Of a stretch of DNA of 64,000 nt, positions 1 to 9,338 are shown piece by piece. The DNA comes from Thermodesulfobacteriota bacterium. Lineage in GTDB: Bacteria > Desulfobacterota_D > UBA1144 > Nemesobacterales > Nemesobacteraceae. The DNA lies in assembly GCA_965202785.1 (NCBI GenBank), contig OZ241855.1, positions 269,793 to 333,792 on the forward strand, in the 5' to 3' direction. The notes under the pieces were generated by a model that searched no databases, was not told the DNA's origin, and saw nothing but the letters and a program-made list of their open reading frames with translations. Position 1 is the stretch's first letter. Every line of letters starts with the position of its first letter. The position numbers and the translations under genes are program-made.

Positions 1-29
1 GAATCTGTTACCCATTTTAAGAGAAAACC

Positions 30-419
30 ATGAGAAGGTTTATTGTGTTCACTTCGGGGGCTGTTCTTTTTTTAGGGAATTACCAGCTTAACTCGGTAAT
101 CCCCTTTTTTTCGTCCAGATTTTTTCAATTGATGAGAAAGATACTAGTTCTTAGCCTGCTGTTTGCATTGCTGGTTGTTCCAGCAAGCACGCAGGAACTT
201 CCAAAAGACCAAAAAGCATATGTTTTAGCAATTCAGTCTTTTGGGTGGAAATGCAACCAAGTCAAAAATTGGAAAGGGGAAAGAATTGCCGCACAGCATA
301 GCGTTATCAAAATCACATGCGACTGGGGTCGGGCATACTATCTGAGAAATGTATTTGTTCCTGGAGAAGGTTATCATATGACTTTTTGCTACAAAGGCAA
401 TTGTAAGAGATTTGAGTGA
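30..419 (+). CDS. small secreted Cys-containing hypothetical protein (likely true start at Met ~133, MRKILVLSLLFALLVVPAST signal-like segment)
   Basis: ORF with a hydrophobic N-terminal segment followed by ~85 aa containing 4 Cys; no recognisable family. Confidence 0.4.
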   Translation: MRRFIVFTSGAVLFLGNYQLNSVIPFFSSRFFQLMRKILVLSLLFALLVVPASTQELPKDQKAYVLAIQSFGWKCNQVKNWKGERIAAQHSVIKITCDWGRAYYLRNVFVPGEGYHMTFCYKGNCKRFE

Positions 420-459
420 TTTTGCAAGCCCCTAACTACTTATTGCGTTTTTTTATTCA

Positions 460-1302
460 TTAATCGTCAAATGGGCTAAAAAAAGTTACCCCAATGCTTC
501 GGTAACCTTCACCAGGATCAAGCTTCTGGATTTCTTCTCTCTTGTCAATAACCGGCGGCTCAAGGCTGTCAATATCTTTTGAAACCCCCCACTGCTGTTC
601 TTCCCCCCGATAAAGAGCTAAGTCATATTGTCCTAGATGATCTGGCCCATATAGAATTTCCACCCGGTCTCCGAGTTTGTCGCAATTCTCAGAATTTATT
701 CTGACGTATAACCAACGCCAATATTTCTCATAACGATCCCGTCGCAGCCGGCGACTGCAAGTGGATTGATAGGGGTCCAGTTTGGCGTTGTTTGCAGACT
801 TTATAGCCTGGATGCAACCGAGTATGATTTCATGCATGAACTCTATGCTGATTCGCGGCATCTTCTGACTTCGTTTTTTCTCAATGAGGAAGTACCGCCA
901 GTCGAAAGAACCTATATTCTTATCGCCATCAAGATTCGCAAGGAAGTCATCCAGGGAACTGAATGGGAATATTTCTTTCCTAACGCCTAAGAAGAAAAGA
1001 CTGTCCCTATAGTCGTTATAATATTCTCTGAGAATCGCCTTGTCCTCCTCTTTGAATAATTCAAAGAGAGGATGTAGAGAGTGTTTCTTCTGGACTTCTT
1101 CCCCTCGGGCATGCAGGAGTCCCTTGAATGCCTGCTCCATAAGGAAGTAGGCGGTTACAATGTAGCTCCACCACTGCGTAGCTTCGTAGTCTGGCAGTAA
1201 GTCCGGGTTTACCGGGCATTTCTCGTACTTTTCCTTTTCTTTCTTTAAAGCGAACTTCAGCCATAGGCTGATAGTTGAGGGGTCCTTAAAATCGATTGAC
1301 AT
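460..1302 (-). CDS. hypothetical protein, possibly HEPN-like (abortive-infection/nuclease-type) domain
   Basis: 280-aa ORF; segment HARGEEVQKKHSLH has R-x7-H spacing, close to but outside the HEPN Rx4-6H motif; otherwise unrecognised; lies in a TA-rich region. Confidence 0.45.
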   Translation of the reverse strand: MSIDFKDPSTISLWLKFALKKEKEKYEKCPVNPDLLPDYEATQWWSYIVTAYFLMEQAFKGLLHARGEEVQKKHSLHPLFELFKEEDKAILREYYNDYRDSLFFLGVRKEIFPFSSLDDFLANLDGDKNIGSFDWRYFLIEKKRSQKMPRISIEFMHEIILGCIQAIKSANNAKLDPYQSTCSRRLRRDRYEKYWRWLYVRINSENCDKLGDRVEILYGPDHLGQYDLALYRGEEQQWGVSKDIDSLEPPVIDKREEIQKLDPGEGYRSIGVTFFSPFDD

Positions 1303-1380
1303 GAGAGATCACCTGCCCCGCCAATAAAGATAAACAAGGTTAGTTTGATTAGCAAGGCAACCTCTGATAGAATAACCTCG

Positions 1381-1409
1381 TTGACATTTGTGCGAACCCG
1401 CCCTATGAA
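1381..1409 (+). promoter_or_regulatory. sigma70-like promoter (TTGACA-17 nt-TATGAA) upstream of small membrane protein gene
   Basis: TTGACA at 1381-1386, 17-nt spacer, TATGAA at 1404-1409, followed by AGGAGG RBS and ATG at 1443. Confidence 0.4.
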
Positions 1410-1442
1410 ACTCAATCACATATATTGCGGAAGGAGGAATAC

Positions 1443-1802
1443 ATGCAGATTAAAAAAGTTTGGCTTGTCGCAGGGATAATCCTCGCCCTTGTCGGCATAC
1501 CAGGCGTTCTTGAGGATTTACAAAGTTGGGAGTACCTGCTTTCAAGACTCGGAACGTGGCAACTATGGAATTATCTTTTGCTTTTGGGTGGGATCAGTGT
1601 ATCTGTCTGGTCTCTACTGCCGGTTTTTTATCGGCAACAAAGACCGCTCTCAAGAAAGAAAGACAGGTGGACGAAACTGGTAGAGAAACTTGAACCTGAC
1701 CAGATCCTCGAACTTGAAAAAGATAGGAGCCAGAATCATATGGGCTACTTTGTTTGTACCCTAGTCTCCGCCTTGATCCTTGTAGGAATCTTGAGTTGTT
1801 AA
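1443..1802 (+). CDS. small integral membrane protein (about 3 TM helices), hypothetical
   Basis: ORF track 1425..1802; AGGAGG RBS 7 nt upstream of ATG 1443; hydrophobic segments. Confidence 0.45.
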   Translation: MQIKKVWLVAGIILALVGIPGVLEDLQSWEYLLSRLGTWQLWNYLLLLGGISVSVWSLLPVFYRQQRPLSRKKDRWTKLVEKLEPDQILELEKDRSQNHMGYFVCTLVSALILVGILSC

Positions 1803-2069
1803 CAGTGAGCCCAACGCTTTTGATATTCTTCTGTCAATTTGGGTCATAAGAACTAGGACTCTGGTTAGCGTAGGTGTTACCTCAACCTCTTTGCCTTGGA
1901 CGTTCCTGAAGAATCTTAGATAGCCCTCATATTGCTCTATACGCAAATCTCCTTCATTCAACATTAGACCGTTCCTCCTAACTGATAACAATTCCAAAGC
2001 GTGCGTGATATTCACTAGCATTTTATCACATTGTCTAAATAGTCAAGGTAACTTTTTTACCATTATATG

Positions 2070-2123
2070 TCATAGAGCACCTCTGCCAAGTATTCTTAGT
2101 AATTCCCTATTCTTATTCGGCAT
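2070..2123 (-). pseudogene. possible decayed hicA toxin remnant (17 codons MPNKNRELLRILGRGAL then stop)
   Basis: short ORF immediately downstream of hicB whose N-terminus resembles the HicA start (K/RELLRIL...G); truncated by TGA, and no GSH/HP motif region follows in frame. Confidence 0.25.
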
Positions 2124-2209
2124 AATCCCTCCCCCAGAAGTTTTTTGGATAGTTATACAGTTGGCAAACTAATGTAACACCTTAAAGTCCCTTTAAGGAT
2201 TCAAGACGG

Positions 2210-2542
2210 TTACCGGGACACGCTTCTCTCCAAAACATGCACAATCCAACTGTTCAGACTCATTTTACTTTCTTCCGCAGCAACAACTATGCGTTTGTGT
2301 AGATCAGAACCAAGTCTAACATTGAGCTTGCCCGAGAAAGGCTTTACAGGTTCTAATCCGTCTTCTTCGCAAGAAGCAATATACTCATCAATCGAACGAT
2401 GAAACTCTTCCCGAATTCCCTCAACATCAGTTGCTTCAAAAGTGGCAATCGGATAACTGCCGCTGTTAATAACTCTTCCGTGAAGACACCCTACGGAATC
2501 GTCAAATTCGACCACGGCAATGTACCCCTTGTACTCAATCAT
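2210..2542 (-). CDS. hicB: HicB-family antitoxin (type II TA), apparently orphan
   Basis: 110 aa; N-terminal HicB fold region (YIAVVEFDDSVGC...EATDVEG) plus C-terminal ribbon-helix-helix-like segment (LHKRIVVAAEESKMSLNSWIVHVLERS). Confidence 0.75.
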   Translation of the reverse strand: MIEYKGYIAVVEFDDSVGCLHGRVINSGSYPIATFEATDVEGIREEFHRSIDEYIASCEEDGLEPVKPFSGKLNVRLGSDLHKRIVVAAEESKMSLNSWIVHVLERSVSR

Positions 2543-2605
2543 GGCTTCATTCCTTCAGCTTTGAGGAAAGCAGTTACATCTGGTTAGAATAGAATATACG
2601 AAAAT

Positions 2606-3478
2606 ATGTTCGGCAAAAACTTCAAAAAGCAAAAAATACGGACTACCGAAGCTGAGATAAACACCGTTTGGGGAGGAAAGGGAGAACCTATCCTTCTACT
2701 CCACGGTTACCCGCAAACCCACGTCATGTGGCACGCGGTAGCACGCTCACTTGCCTCGAACTTTCTGGTCGTGTGTCCAGATCTCCGTGGCTATGGAGAC
2801 AGCTCCAAGCCTGCCGGAAAAAAAGATCACTCAAACTATTCAAAAAGAGCCATGGCCGCGGATATGGTCTCGGTAATGAAAGCTCTGGGTTTTCATGAAT
2901 TCTACGCAGCGGGACACGACAGAGGAGGCAGGGTGCTTCACCGCATGTGCCTCGATCACCCTGAAAAAGTCCTAAAGGTCTGCGTCATGGATATAGCCCC
3001 TACCCACCACATGTTCAAGACCGCGGACAAGCACTTTTCCACGGGCTACTATCACTGGTTTTTTCTTATCCAACCCGACGGACTTCCGGAAAAAATGATA
3101 GGGGCTGATCCAGAGTACTACCTTCTTGAAAAGCTCAGACGCTGGAGCGCCCCCGGTGCGAAATTTGATTCCAAGGCAGTAAAAGAGTACGTGCGCTGTT
3201 TCAGCGACCCGCTCGCAATCCACGCAAGCTGCGAGGACTACAGGGCTGCGGCCTCCATAGATATTGCTCACGACGAAGAAGATATGGATGCCAAGATAAC
3301 GTGTCCGCTTCTTGCCCTTTGGGGTGGAAGGGGGTTCATTCACAAAACCTACGACGTGCTTGACGTATGGAGAAAAAAAGCGCTCAGCGTTTCGGGAAAA
3401 CCGCTTGACTGCGGCCATTTTCTCCCTGAAGAAAAACCCCAGGAGACCTCCGCGGAACTGCTGTCGTTTTTTGGATAA
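2606..3478 (+). CDS. alpha/beta-fold hydrolase (haloacetate dehalogenase/epoxide hydrolase-like)
   Basis: HGYPQTHVMW, nucleophile elbow GHDRGG, 290 aa. Confidence 0.85.
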   Translation: MFGKNFKKQKIRTTEAEINTVWGGKGEPILLLHGYPQTHVMWHAVARSLASNFLVVCPDLRGYGDSSKPAGKKDHSNYSKRAMAADMVSVMKALGFHEFYAAGHDRGGRVLHRMCLDHPEKVLKVCVMDIAPTHHMFKTADKHFSTGYYHWFFLIQPDGLPEKMIGADPEYYLLEKLRRWSAPGAKFDSKAVKEYVRCFSDPLAIHASCEDYRAAASIDIAHDEEDMDAKITCPLLALWGGRGFIHKTYDVLDVWRKKALSVSGKPLDCGHFLPEEKPQETSAELLSFFG

Positions 3479-3610
3479 CGGAATTTCCCGAAGCATTCCA
3501 AGTACTGCCCCTCCTATCCGAGAAAGTTTCGGGAGCAAAAAAAAGCCGTAGAATCTTTTGCTAAATATTATTCGTGGTTCAACCGTTTTACATCAAGCTC
3601 GTGTCAGCAC

Positions 3611-3658
3611 TGGCATATCTTGTCATATGCCGCTATGTGGTATATACTGTCATATACC
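3611..3658 (+). promoter_or_regulatory. vapBC promoter with repeated TGNCATAT operator-like elements
   Basis: TTGTCA (3620-3625), 17-nt spacer, TATACT (3643-3648); three TG(G/T)CATAT repeats at 3611, 3621 and 3649 overlap the -35 and -10; AGGAGG RBS before ATG 3675. Confidence 0.5.
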
Positions 3659-3674
3659 AATACAGGAGGTGGCC

Positions 3675-3920
3675 ATGCACATCGCAAAAATTTTTAAGAA
3701 CGGCCGTAGCCAAGCTGTCCGTATACCGAAAGATTTCGCCTACGAAGGCGTAACGGAACTGACTGTCCAGAAGGTCGGCGAAAAGCTGATCCTAGAGCCG
3801 GTGCGCAAATCCTGGCTAACCCTATATGACGAGATCGAGCCGCTAGGAGCAGATGATGATTTTCTGGCTGACCGCCCTGACTTGTTCGCTATTGACGAAA
3901 ACAGGGTGAAGTTTAAATGA
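3675..3920 (+). CDS. vapB: VapB/AbrB-SpoVT-type antitoxin
   Basis: MHIAKIFKNGRSQAVRIPKDFAY... is the typical SpoVT/AbrB swapped-hairpin antitoxin; ATGA overlap with downstream PIN gene. Confidence 0.8.
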   Translation: MHIAKIFKNGRSQAVRIPKDFAYEGVTELTVQKVGEKLILEPVRKSWLTLYDEIEPLGADDDFLADRPDLFAIDENRVKFK

Positions 3921-4327
3921 ACTACATGCTCGATACGGACACCTTCAGCTACATCATGCACCATCACGCTTTATCGGTTGTCAAAGCCCTAGACGAGAAA
4001 ATGCGTGCGGGCCATGTTATCTGCATCTCAGTGATCACTTATCAGGAACTGCGCTTTGGGGCAGAACGACGTGGTTCCGTGAAATATCACAACTTGATCG
4101 ATACGATCTGCAACCGGCTTGACTATATAGCCGAATGGAATACGGAATGTGCTGACCAATTTGCCGTCGTTCAGTCCTCCTTACTGAAGAAAGGGATGCC
4201 GATCGGCTATACAGATGCCATGATCGCTTCTCACGCCATCTGTCTTGGCGCTACACTGGTAACGAACAACTACAAACACTTCTCAAACGTGGACGGTTTG
4301 TCTCTGGACAACTGGGTTTCGTCTTGA
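3917..4327 (+). CDS. vapC: PIN-domain ribonuclease toxin VapC
   Basis: 136 aa; MLDTDTFSY start and conserved acidic residues of a PIN domain. Confidence 0.85.
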   Translation: MNYMLDTDTFSYIMHHHALSVVKALDEKMRAGHVICISVITYQELRFGAERRGSVKYHNLIDTICNRLDYIAEWNTECADQFAVVQSSLLKKGMPIGYTDAMIASHAICLGATLVTNNYKHFSNVDGLSLDNWVSS

Positions 4328-4604
4328 TTTACCCTTGTTCAACCTGATGTCTTTAGAGGATAAGAAAAGGTGCTGTCTATCGCGTCAATCAGGACTAAGT
4401 GATTTTTACCGAATGTGGCGGTTACAAGTGCAGATCAACTGAAGTTGCGCTTAACCCGTCCCCAAGAACTACAGACTCCTAGGTTTTCTCTTTCCATTTA
4501 AAACAGTTCTTCCGCAAGAAACGGACAAAAAATTATCTTTCCTCTTTCTTTGAAATCCCCGCAGGTATGTTGTCCGTCTACATTGTTTTGTATAGAGTAT
4601 CACC

Positions 4605-5564
4605 ATGTCGAAAATGCTCTTCGTTATGGACCCGATTGAGTCCATAAACATAAACAAGGACACCACCTTCGTAATAATGCTTGAATGCCAGGCGAGAGGA
4701 CACGAAATCCGCTACTGCGAACTCAAGGATCTTTTCGTCAAGGACTCTATGGCCTGGGCGGATTCAACAAAGCTTCGCCTCGAGAGAAAAAGCGATTACT
4801 ACGCCAAGGGTTCCACGGAAACCTCCCCGCTTGACGACTTCGACGTCGTATGGATGAGAAAAGATCCTCCCTTCAACATGGACTATATCTACTCAACCTA
4901 CATACTAAGCAGGGTTGACGAATCCGAAACGCCTGTGATCAACCATCCGGCCGGAATAAGGGAATCCAACGAGAAGATATACAGCCTTAATTTTGCCGAC
5001 TACATCCCCCCTACCCTGGTTTCAAAAGACATTGGAAAGCTAAAAGAGTTTCTCTGCGAAACCGGCAATGAAATGGTGGTAAAGCCGCTTGACGGCTACG
5101 GCGGGGAGGGAATTTTCCTCGTAAGGGCCGAGGATCCCAACCTCAACGTCATACTCGAGAACATAACGGACTTCGGGCGGACCTACGTGATGGCCCAGAA
5201 ATTCATAAAAGAGGTTTCCCAGGGAGACAAAAGGGTTATAATTCTAAACGGCCAGCCCATAGGAGCCGTGATGAGGGTAGCCGCAAAGGGAGAATTCAGA
5301 AGCAACTTCCACTCCGGAGGACATCCCGAGAAAACCACGCTTACGGAAAGGGATCTGCAAATATGCGACGGCCTCAGACAGAAACTCATAGAAGACCGGC
5401 TCTATCTGGTCGGAATCGACATAGTCGGAGGGTATCTGACCGAAGTCAACACCACGAGCCCGACATGCGTTCAGGAAATAAATTTTTTCAGCGGGACAAA
5501 GCTTGAATCGCAGATAGTCGATTTTGCGGAGAGCATTGTCTGCGGGCCTCCAGAGAGCCGTTAA
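4605..5564 (+). CDS. gshB: glutathione synthetase (ATP-grasp)
   Basis: 319 aa, GshB-like N-terminal and ATP-grasp regions. Confidence 0.85.
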   Translation: MSKMLFVMDPIESININKDTTFVIMLECQARGHEIRYCELKDLFVKDSMAWADSTKLRLERKSDYYAKGSTETSPLDDFDVVWMRKDPPFNMDYIYSTYILSRVDESETPVINHPAGIRESNEKIYSLNFADYIPPTLVSKDIGKLKEFLCETGNEMVVKPLDGYGGEGIFLVRAEDPNLNVILENITDFGRTYVMAQKFIKEVSQGDKRVIILNGQPIGAVMRVAAKGEFRSNFHSGGHPEKTTLTERDLQICDGLRQKLIEDRLYLVGIDIVGGYLTEVNTTSPTCVQEINFFSGTKLESQIVDFAESIVCGPPESR

Positions 5565-5602
5565 AAATCTCCGGGCAAAAGACCCCGCGCAGGACTCTGA
5601 CC

Positions 5603-5899
5603 ATGAAAATATCAAAAAAAGACGTGCTCAACACAGCCGAGCTTGCAAGGCTTGAGTTCGATGACGAAACGCTTTCGAAATTCACCCGTCAGCTCGGAGA
5701 CATCCTCGTCCACATAGATGAGCTTGCCGAGCTTGATACGGAAAACGTAGAGCCCACATCGCATGTGCTTGAACTCTCAATCCCCTTCCGAAAAGACGAG
5801 GTGGATCAGCTAATAACGGCTGAAGACGCCCTTAGCAACGCACCCAGCAAAGAAAACGATTTTTTCACGGTTCCAAAAGTCATAGAGGACCAGAGCTAA
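5603..5899 (+). CDS. gatC: Asp-tRNA(Asn)/Glu-tRNA(Gln) amidotransferase subunit C
   Basis: 98 aa; GatC-like sequence; immediately upstream of gatA. Confidence 0.9.
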   Translation: MKISKKDVLNTAELARLEFDDETLSKFTRQLGDILVHIDELAELDTENVEPTSHVLELSIPFRKDEVDQLITAEDALSNAPSKENDFFTVPKVIEDQS

Positions 5900-5903
5900 C
5901 CCG

Positions 5904-7367
5904 ATGTCCATTCCAAGAACCATAAAAGAGGCAGCCGCGTTAATAGGAAAAAGAGAGGCTTCCCCGGTGGAACTAGCCGAACTTTTTCTCGAGCGCATAT
6001 CCTCTGAGGACGCAAAAATAAACTCTTACATAACCGTCTGGGAAGAAGCGGCCCTGAAGGCCGCCAGAAAGGCAGAAAAAGAAATATCCGAAGGGAACTA
6101 TCTGGGTCCTCTCCATGGAGTCCCAATAGGGCTTAAAGATATTTTCGTGACAAAAGACTCGCGGACCACCTGCGGGTCGAAAATGCTGCGGGATTTCGTC
6201 TCCCCCTATAATTCCACCGTGGCCGGGAAACTCATGGCAAGCGGTTCCGTAGTGCTCGGAAAAAACAACATGGACGAGTTCGCCATGGGATCTTCAAACG
6301 AGACATCCTACTTCGGACCGGTAAAAAACCCTTGGGACACCGACAGGGTCCCGGGAGGATCAAGCGGAGGAAGCGCCGCCGCCACGGCGGCAAATCTGTG
6401 CGTCGCGTCAGTCGGAACAGACACCGGGGGTTCCATAAGACAGCCCGGTTCCCTCTGCGGAGTAGTGGGAATGAAACCCACCTACGGAAGGGTTAGCCGC
6501 TACGGCATGATCGCATTCGCTTCTTCCCTTGATCAGGCGGGACCGCTTGCGAAAACCGTGGAGGACGCGGCCATAATCCTCTCCTCCATAGCGGGCCATG
6601 ACCCGATGGACTCAACATCCGTAAACCTCCCAGCCGCTGACTACGCAAGCGCGCTCAGTGCGGACATAAAGGGGCTGCGGGTAGGGATACCGAAGGAATA
6701 CTTCGTTTCGGGGATGGATCCCGAAGTGGAAAAATCCGTCCGTAAAGCTATCGCCGAACTTGAAACCCTGGGAGCGGAGATTGTGGAGATTTCACTTCCT
6801 CACTCCCGCTACGCGGTTTCAACCTACTATATAATAGCCCCTTCTGAAGCAAGTTCGAATCTAGCGAGATACGACGGGGTAAGATACACATACCGTTGCG
6901 AAAATCCGGAAACCCTGAGGGACTTGTTTTTCAGAAGCCGCTCGGAAGGATTCGGAGACGAAGTGAAAAGAAGAATAATGCTTGGGACCTATGCCCTCTC
7001 CACGGGCTATTACGACGCTTATTACCTGAAAGCCCAGCAGGCAAGAACACTTATAATAAGGGATTTTGACAGTGCGTGGGAAAAAGTTGACGTCATAGCG
7101 AGCGCCACTTCCCCTGAAACCGCTTTCAGGATAGGCGAAAAAACAGACGACCCCCTTAAAATGTACCTCTCGGACATACTTACCATCCCCTGCAATATAG
7201 CGGGGCTCCCCGGAATATCAGTCCCCTGCGGATTCAGCTCAGAAAAGCTTCCGATAGGGCTTCAGATAATGGGAAAGCCGTTTGACGAGCAGACTGTGCT
7301 CAACGTCGCGTACGCTTACGAGCAAAGCACGAAGTGGTACGAAAAAGAAGTGTCCCCTCTTGGTTAA
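5904..7367 (+). CDS. gatA: Asp-tRNA(Asn)/Glu-tRNA(Gln) amidotransferase subunit A (amidase signature)
   Basis: 487 aa, amidase signature [10 protein letters not shown]. Confidence 0.95.
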   Translation: MSIPRTIKEAAALIGKREASPVELAELFLERISSEDAKINSYITVWEEAALKAARKAEKEISEGNYLGPLHGVPIGLKDIFVTKDSRTTCGSKMLRDFVSPYNSTVAGKLMASGSVVLGKNNMDEFAMGSSNETSYFGPVKNPWDTDRVPGGSSGGSAAATAANLCVASVGTDTGGSIRQPGSLCGVVGMKPTYGRVSRYGMIAFASSLDQAGPLAKTVEDAAIILSSIAGHDPMDSTSVNLPAADYASALSADIKGLRVGIPKEYFVSGMDPEVEKSVRKAIAELETLGAEIVEISLPHSRYAVSTYYIIAPSEASSNLARYDGVRYTYRCENPETLRDLFFRSRSEGFGDEVKRRIMLGTYALSTGYYDAYYLKAQQARTLIIRDFDSAWEKVDVIASATSPETAFRIGEKTDDPLKMYLSDILTIPCNIAGLPGISVPCGFSSEKLPIGLQIMGKPFDEQTVLNVAYAYEQSTKWYEKEVSPLG

Positions 7368-7576
7368 TCGCAACCCGGGATACACCTCGGCCCAAAAACA
7401 TGTTATTATCGAAAATATGAAGCTTCTTTTCACGGGACGGCGCGGCAACTCATGAATGAATGCTCTGGATACCGTGAAAAGCAGTACGTACCCTGCGGAT
7501 GGTCATAATTCGTCTGCCCATTTTCACTGCGGACGTGTTATAATGGCAATATAGTCTTTAACAAGGAGAAACAACC

Positions 7577-7747
7577 GTGAGTAAAGACAAGAAATGCATG
7601 ATGTGCGGCAAGCCTTCTCCTGATAGCATATGCGACCCTTGCAAGGCAAGCGTTCAGGCCGAAGCCGCCGGGGAAAAAGCGAAAATGGAAAGGAGCGTAA
7701 AAGTCGGCGGGAAAATGGCCGACGAACAGTCCAAACAGCGTTCCTGA
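7577..7747 (+). CDS. small zinc-ribbon protein (56 aa, C-x2-C...C-x2-C), GTG start
   Basis: AGGAG RBS 7 nt upstream of GTG 7577; VSKDKKCMMCGKPSPDSICDPCK...; the antisense 75-aa ORF in the track looks like noise. Confidence 0.35.
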   Translation: MSKDKKCMMCGKPSPDSICDPCKASVQAEAAGEKAKMERSVKVGGKMADEQSKQRS

Positions 7748-7899
7748 TCAATCAGCCTCCCCGGACTCGAAAAACCTTTCTGTATATTCGGCTTTAGCTT
7801 GTCGGATATATCAGAGAGCAATTCGTTAATCTTTTTCACTGTTTCCAGATCGCAATTTATTATGTTGACAAACATAATGTTTCCCTGCATAATAAATTC

Positions 7900-9288
7900 A
7901 TGGATTTTATTGATCGACTTGAAGAAATGCGCAGACTCGATAATGCGCTACGTCGTCCGGGCGGATTCGCCGTTATCTGGGGCCGACGTCGGGTGGGGAA
8001 GTCGCGTCTGCTTATCGAGTGGTCCAAGCGTAACGAGGGTCTCTACACCGTCGCGGACCAGTCAGCTCCCGCCGTGCAGAGACGCTACCTGGCGTCTGCG
8101 GTGGCAAAGCGGTTCCCGGGATTTGCGGATGTCGAGTATCCAGACTGGCGGGCGTTTTTCACACGTCTCGCAGCCGAAGCAGCACGCACAAAATGGCATG
8201 GCCCCTTTATTCTTGACGAACTGCCATATCTGGTTGCGGCTGACCCTACCGTGGCAAGCGTTCTTCAGAACTGGCTTGACGGCCCCGGGCATCGGCCCTG
8301 CGTAGTAGTCAGCGGGTCTGTCCTGCGGATGATGCGCAGTGCGATCCTTGATGCGGACGCGCCGCTTTACGGGCGCGCGACAGAATCCTTCGCCATTCGT
8401 CCTCTCAGACCCGGACATCTCAGCAACGTATTCGCTGTATCCGCTCCCAAGGAACTTGTTTACCTCTATACGCTCTGGGGCGGTATGCCAAGATACTGGG
8501 AGCTTGCCGAGCCGTTCGGTACGGATTTTGATTCCGCCGTTGACTCGCTGGTTCTTGATCCCTCGGGACCTCTGCACAACGAGCCTGACCGGCTGTTGCT
8601 TGAGGAAACGCCGTCTGCGGTTGCCCTGCGGCCGCTTCTTGACGTTATTGGCTCGGGCGCGCACAGGGTAAGCGAAATCGGCGCCCGACTAGGTCGCCCC
8701 GCATCAAGCCTTCCGAGACCATTGTCGACGCTCGCGGAAATGAACCTTGTACTTCGCGAGGTTCCATTCGGAAGCGACACCCGTTCCGGCAAGCGAAGTC
8801 TGTACAGAATCGCCGATCCGTTTTTTCGCCTGTGGTTTCGTGTCGTTGCGCCCCACCGCGCCGCCATGGCGGAGGCTCCGCGCGAAACGCGTCTTGGTTA
8901 CTGGCACAGGTACAGGACGGGGCTTGAATCAGCCGCCTGGGAAGAACTTTGCAGAATGGCCGTACCCTTTCTTCACCTAAATGGCGGTCCGCTGGCTGAA
9001 CTTGGCCCCTGGGAGCCTGCTCAGCGCTACTGGCACGGCAATGATCCCGAATTTGACGTTGTCGCTCGTTCAGTTGACGGAGTCAGGACACTGGTGGGCG
9101 AGGCCAAATGGGGAAAGCGCGCGGCTAAACCGCAGCGCGGCAGTACGGATATCCTTCCAGGCACGACAGAAAGCAAAGTGGTAAGGGTTTTGTTTGTTCC
9201 TGACGCAGACACTGTGTCAGGCACCGCGGACAACACCCATATCGTTGATGCGGGTGCGGTTATGACGGCCCTTTGCGGCGACAGTTAA
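7900..9288 (+). CDS. AAA+ ATPase (Arch_ATPase-like) with DUF234-like C-terminal domain; horizontally acquired high-G+C gene
   Basis: Walker A IWGRRRVGKSRLL; 462 aa; G+C visibly much higher than flanking genes. Confidence 0.8.
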   Translation: MDFIDRLEEMRRLDNALRRPGGFAVIWGRRRVGKSRLLIEWSKRNEGLYTVADQSAPAVQRRYLASAVAKRFPGFADVEYPDWRAFFTRLAAEAARTKWHGPFILDELPYLVAADPTVASVLQNWLDGPGHRPCVVVSGSVLRMMRSAILDADAPLYGRATESFAIRPLRPGHLSNVFAVSAPKELVYLYTLWGGMPRYWELAEPFGTDFDSAVDSLVLDPSGPLHNEPDRLLLEETPSAVALRPLLDVIGSGAHRVSEIGARLGRPASSLPRPLSTLAEMNLVLREVPFGSDTRSGKRSLYRIADPFFRLWFRVVAPHRAAMAEAPRETRLGYWHRYRTGLESAAWEELCRMAVPFLHLNGGPLAELGPWEPAQRYWHGNDPEFDVVARSVDGVRTLVGEAKWGKRAAKPQRGSTDILPGTTESKVVRVLFVPDADTVSGTADNTHIVDAGAVMTALCGDS

Positions 9289-9338
9289 TAAAACAGCCGA
9301 CAGGAGAGCAAACCGGAGACAAAATCCTTTTCCTTTTT

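Noticed and set aside
1761-2021. 86-aa minus-strand ORF downstream of hicB, considered as the HicA toxin
   Set aside because: No GSH/HP(H) HicA signature. It overlaps the better-supported plus-strand membrane protein gene. It is only in frame with the hicA-like stub through two stop codons.
3480-3560. Intrinsic terminator after the alpha/beta hydrolase (TCCCGAA...TTCGGGA followed by A-run)
   Set aside because: The stem is separated by a ~34-nt loop. The homopolymer is an A-run on the coding strand rather than a U-run.
7524-7751. 75-aa minus-strand ORF between gatA and the ATPase
   Set aside because: Arg/Leu-rich low-complexity translation typical of antisense noise. The plus-strand zinc-ribbon ORF with RBS is preferred.
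8062-9236. Several 60-200-aa ORFs (8062..8664, 8466..8867, 9027..9236, etc.) inside the high-G+C ATPase gene
   Set aside because: High G+C suppresses stop codons in off-frames, and all are antisense or overlapping the well-supported ATPase CDS.
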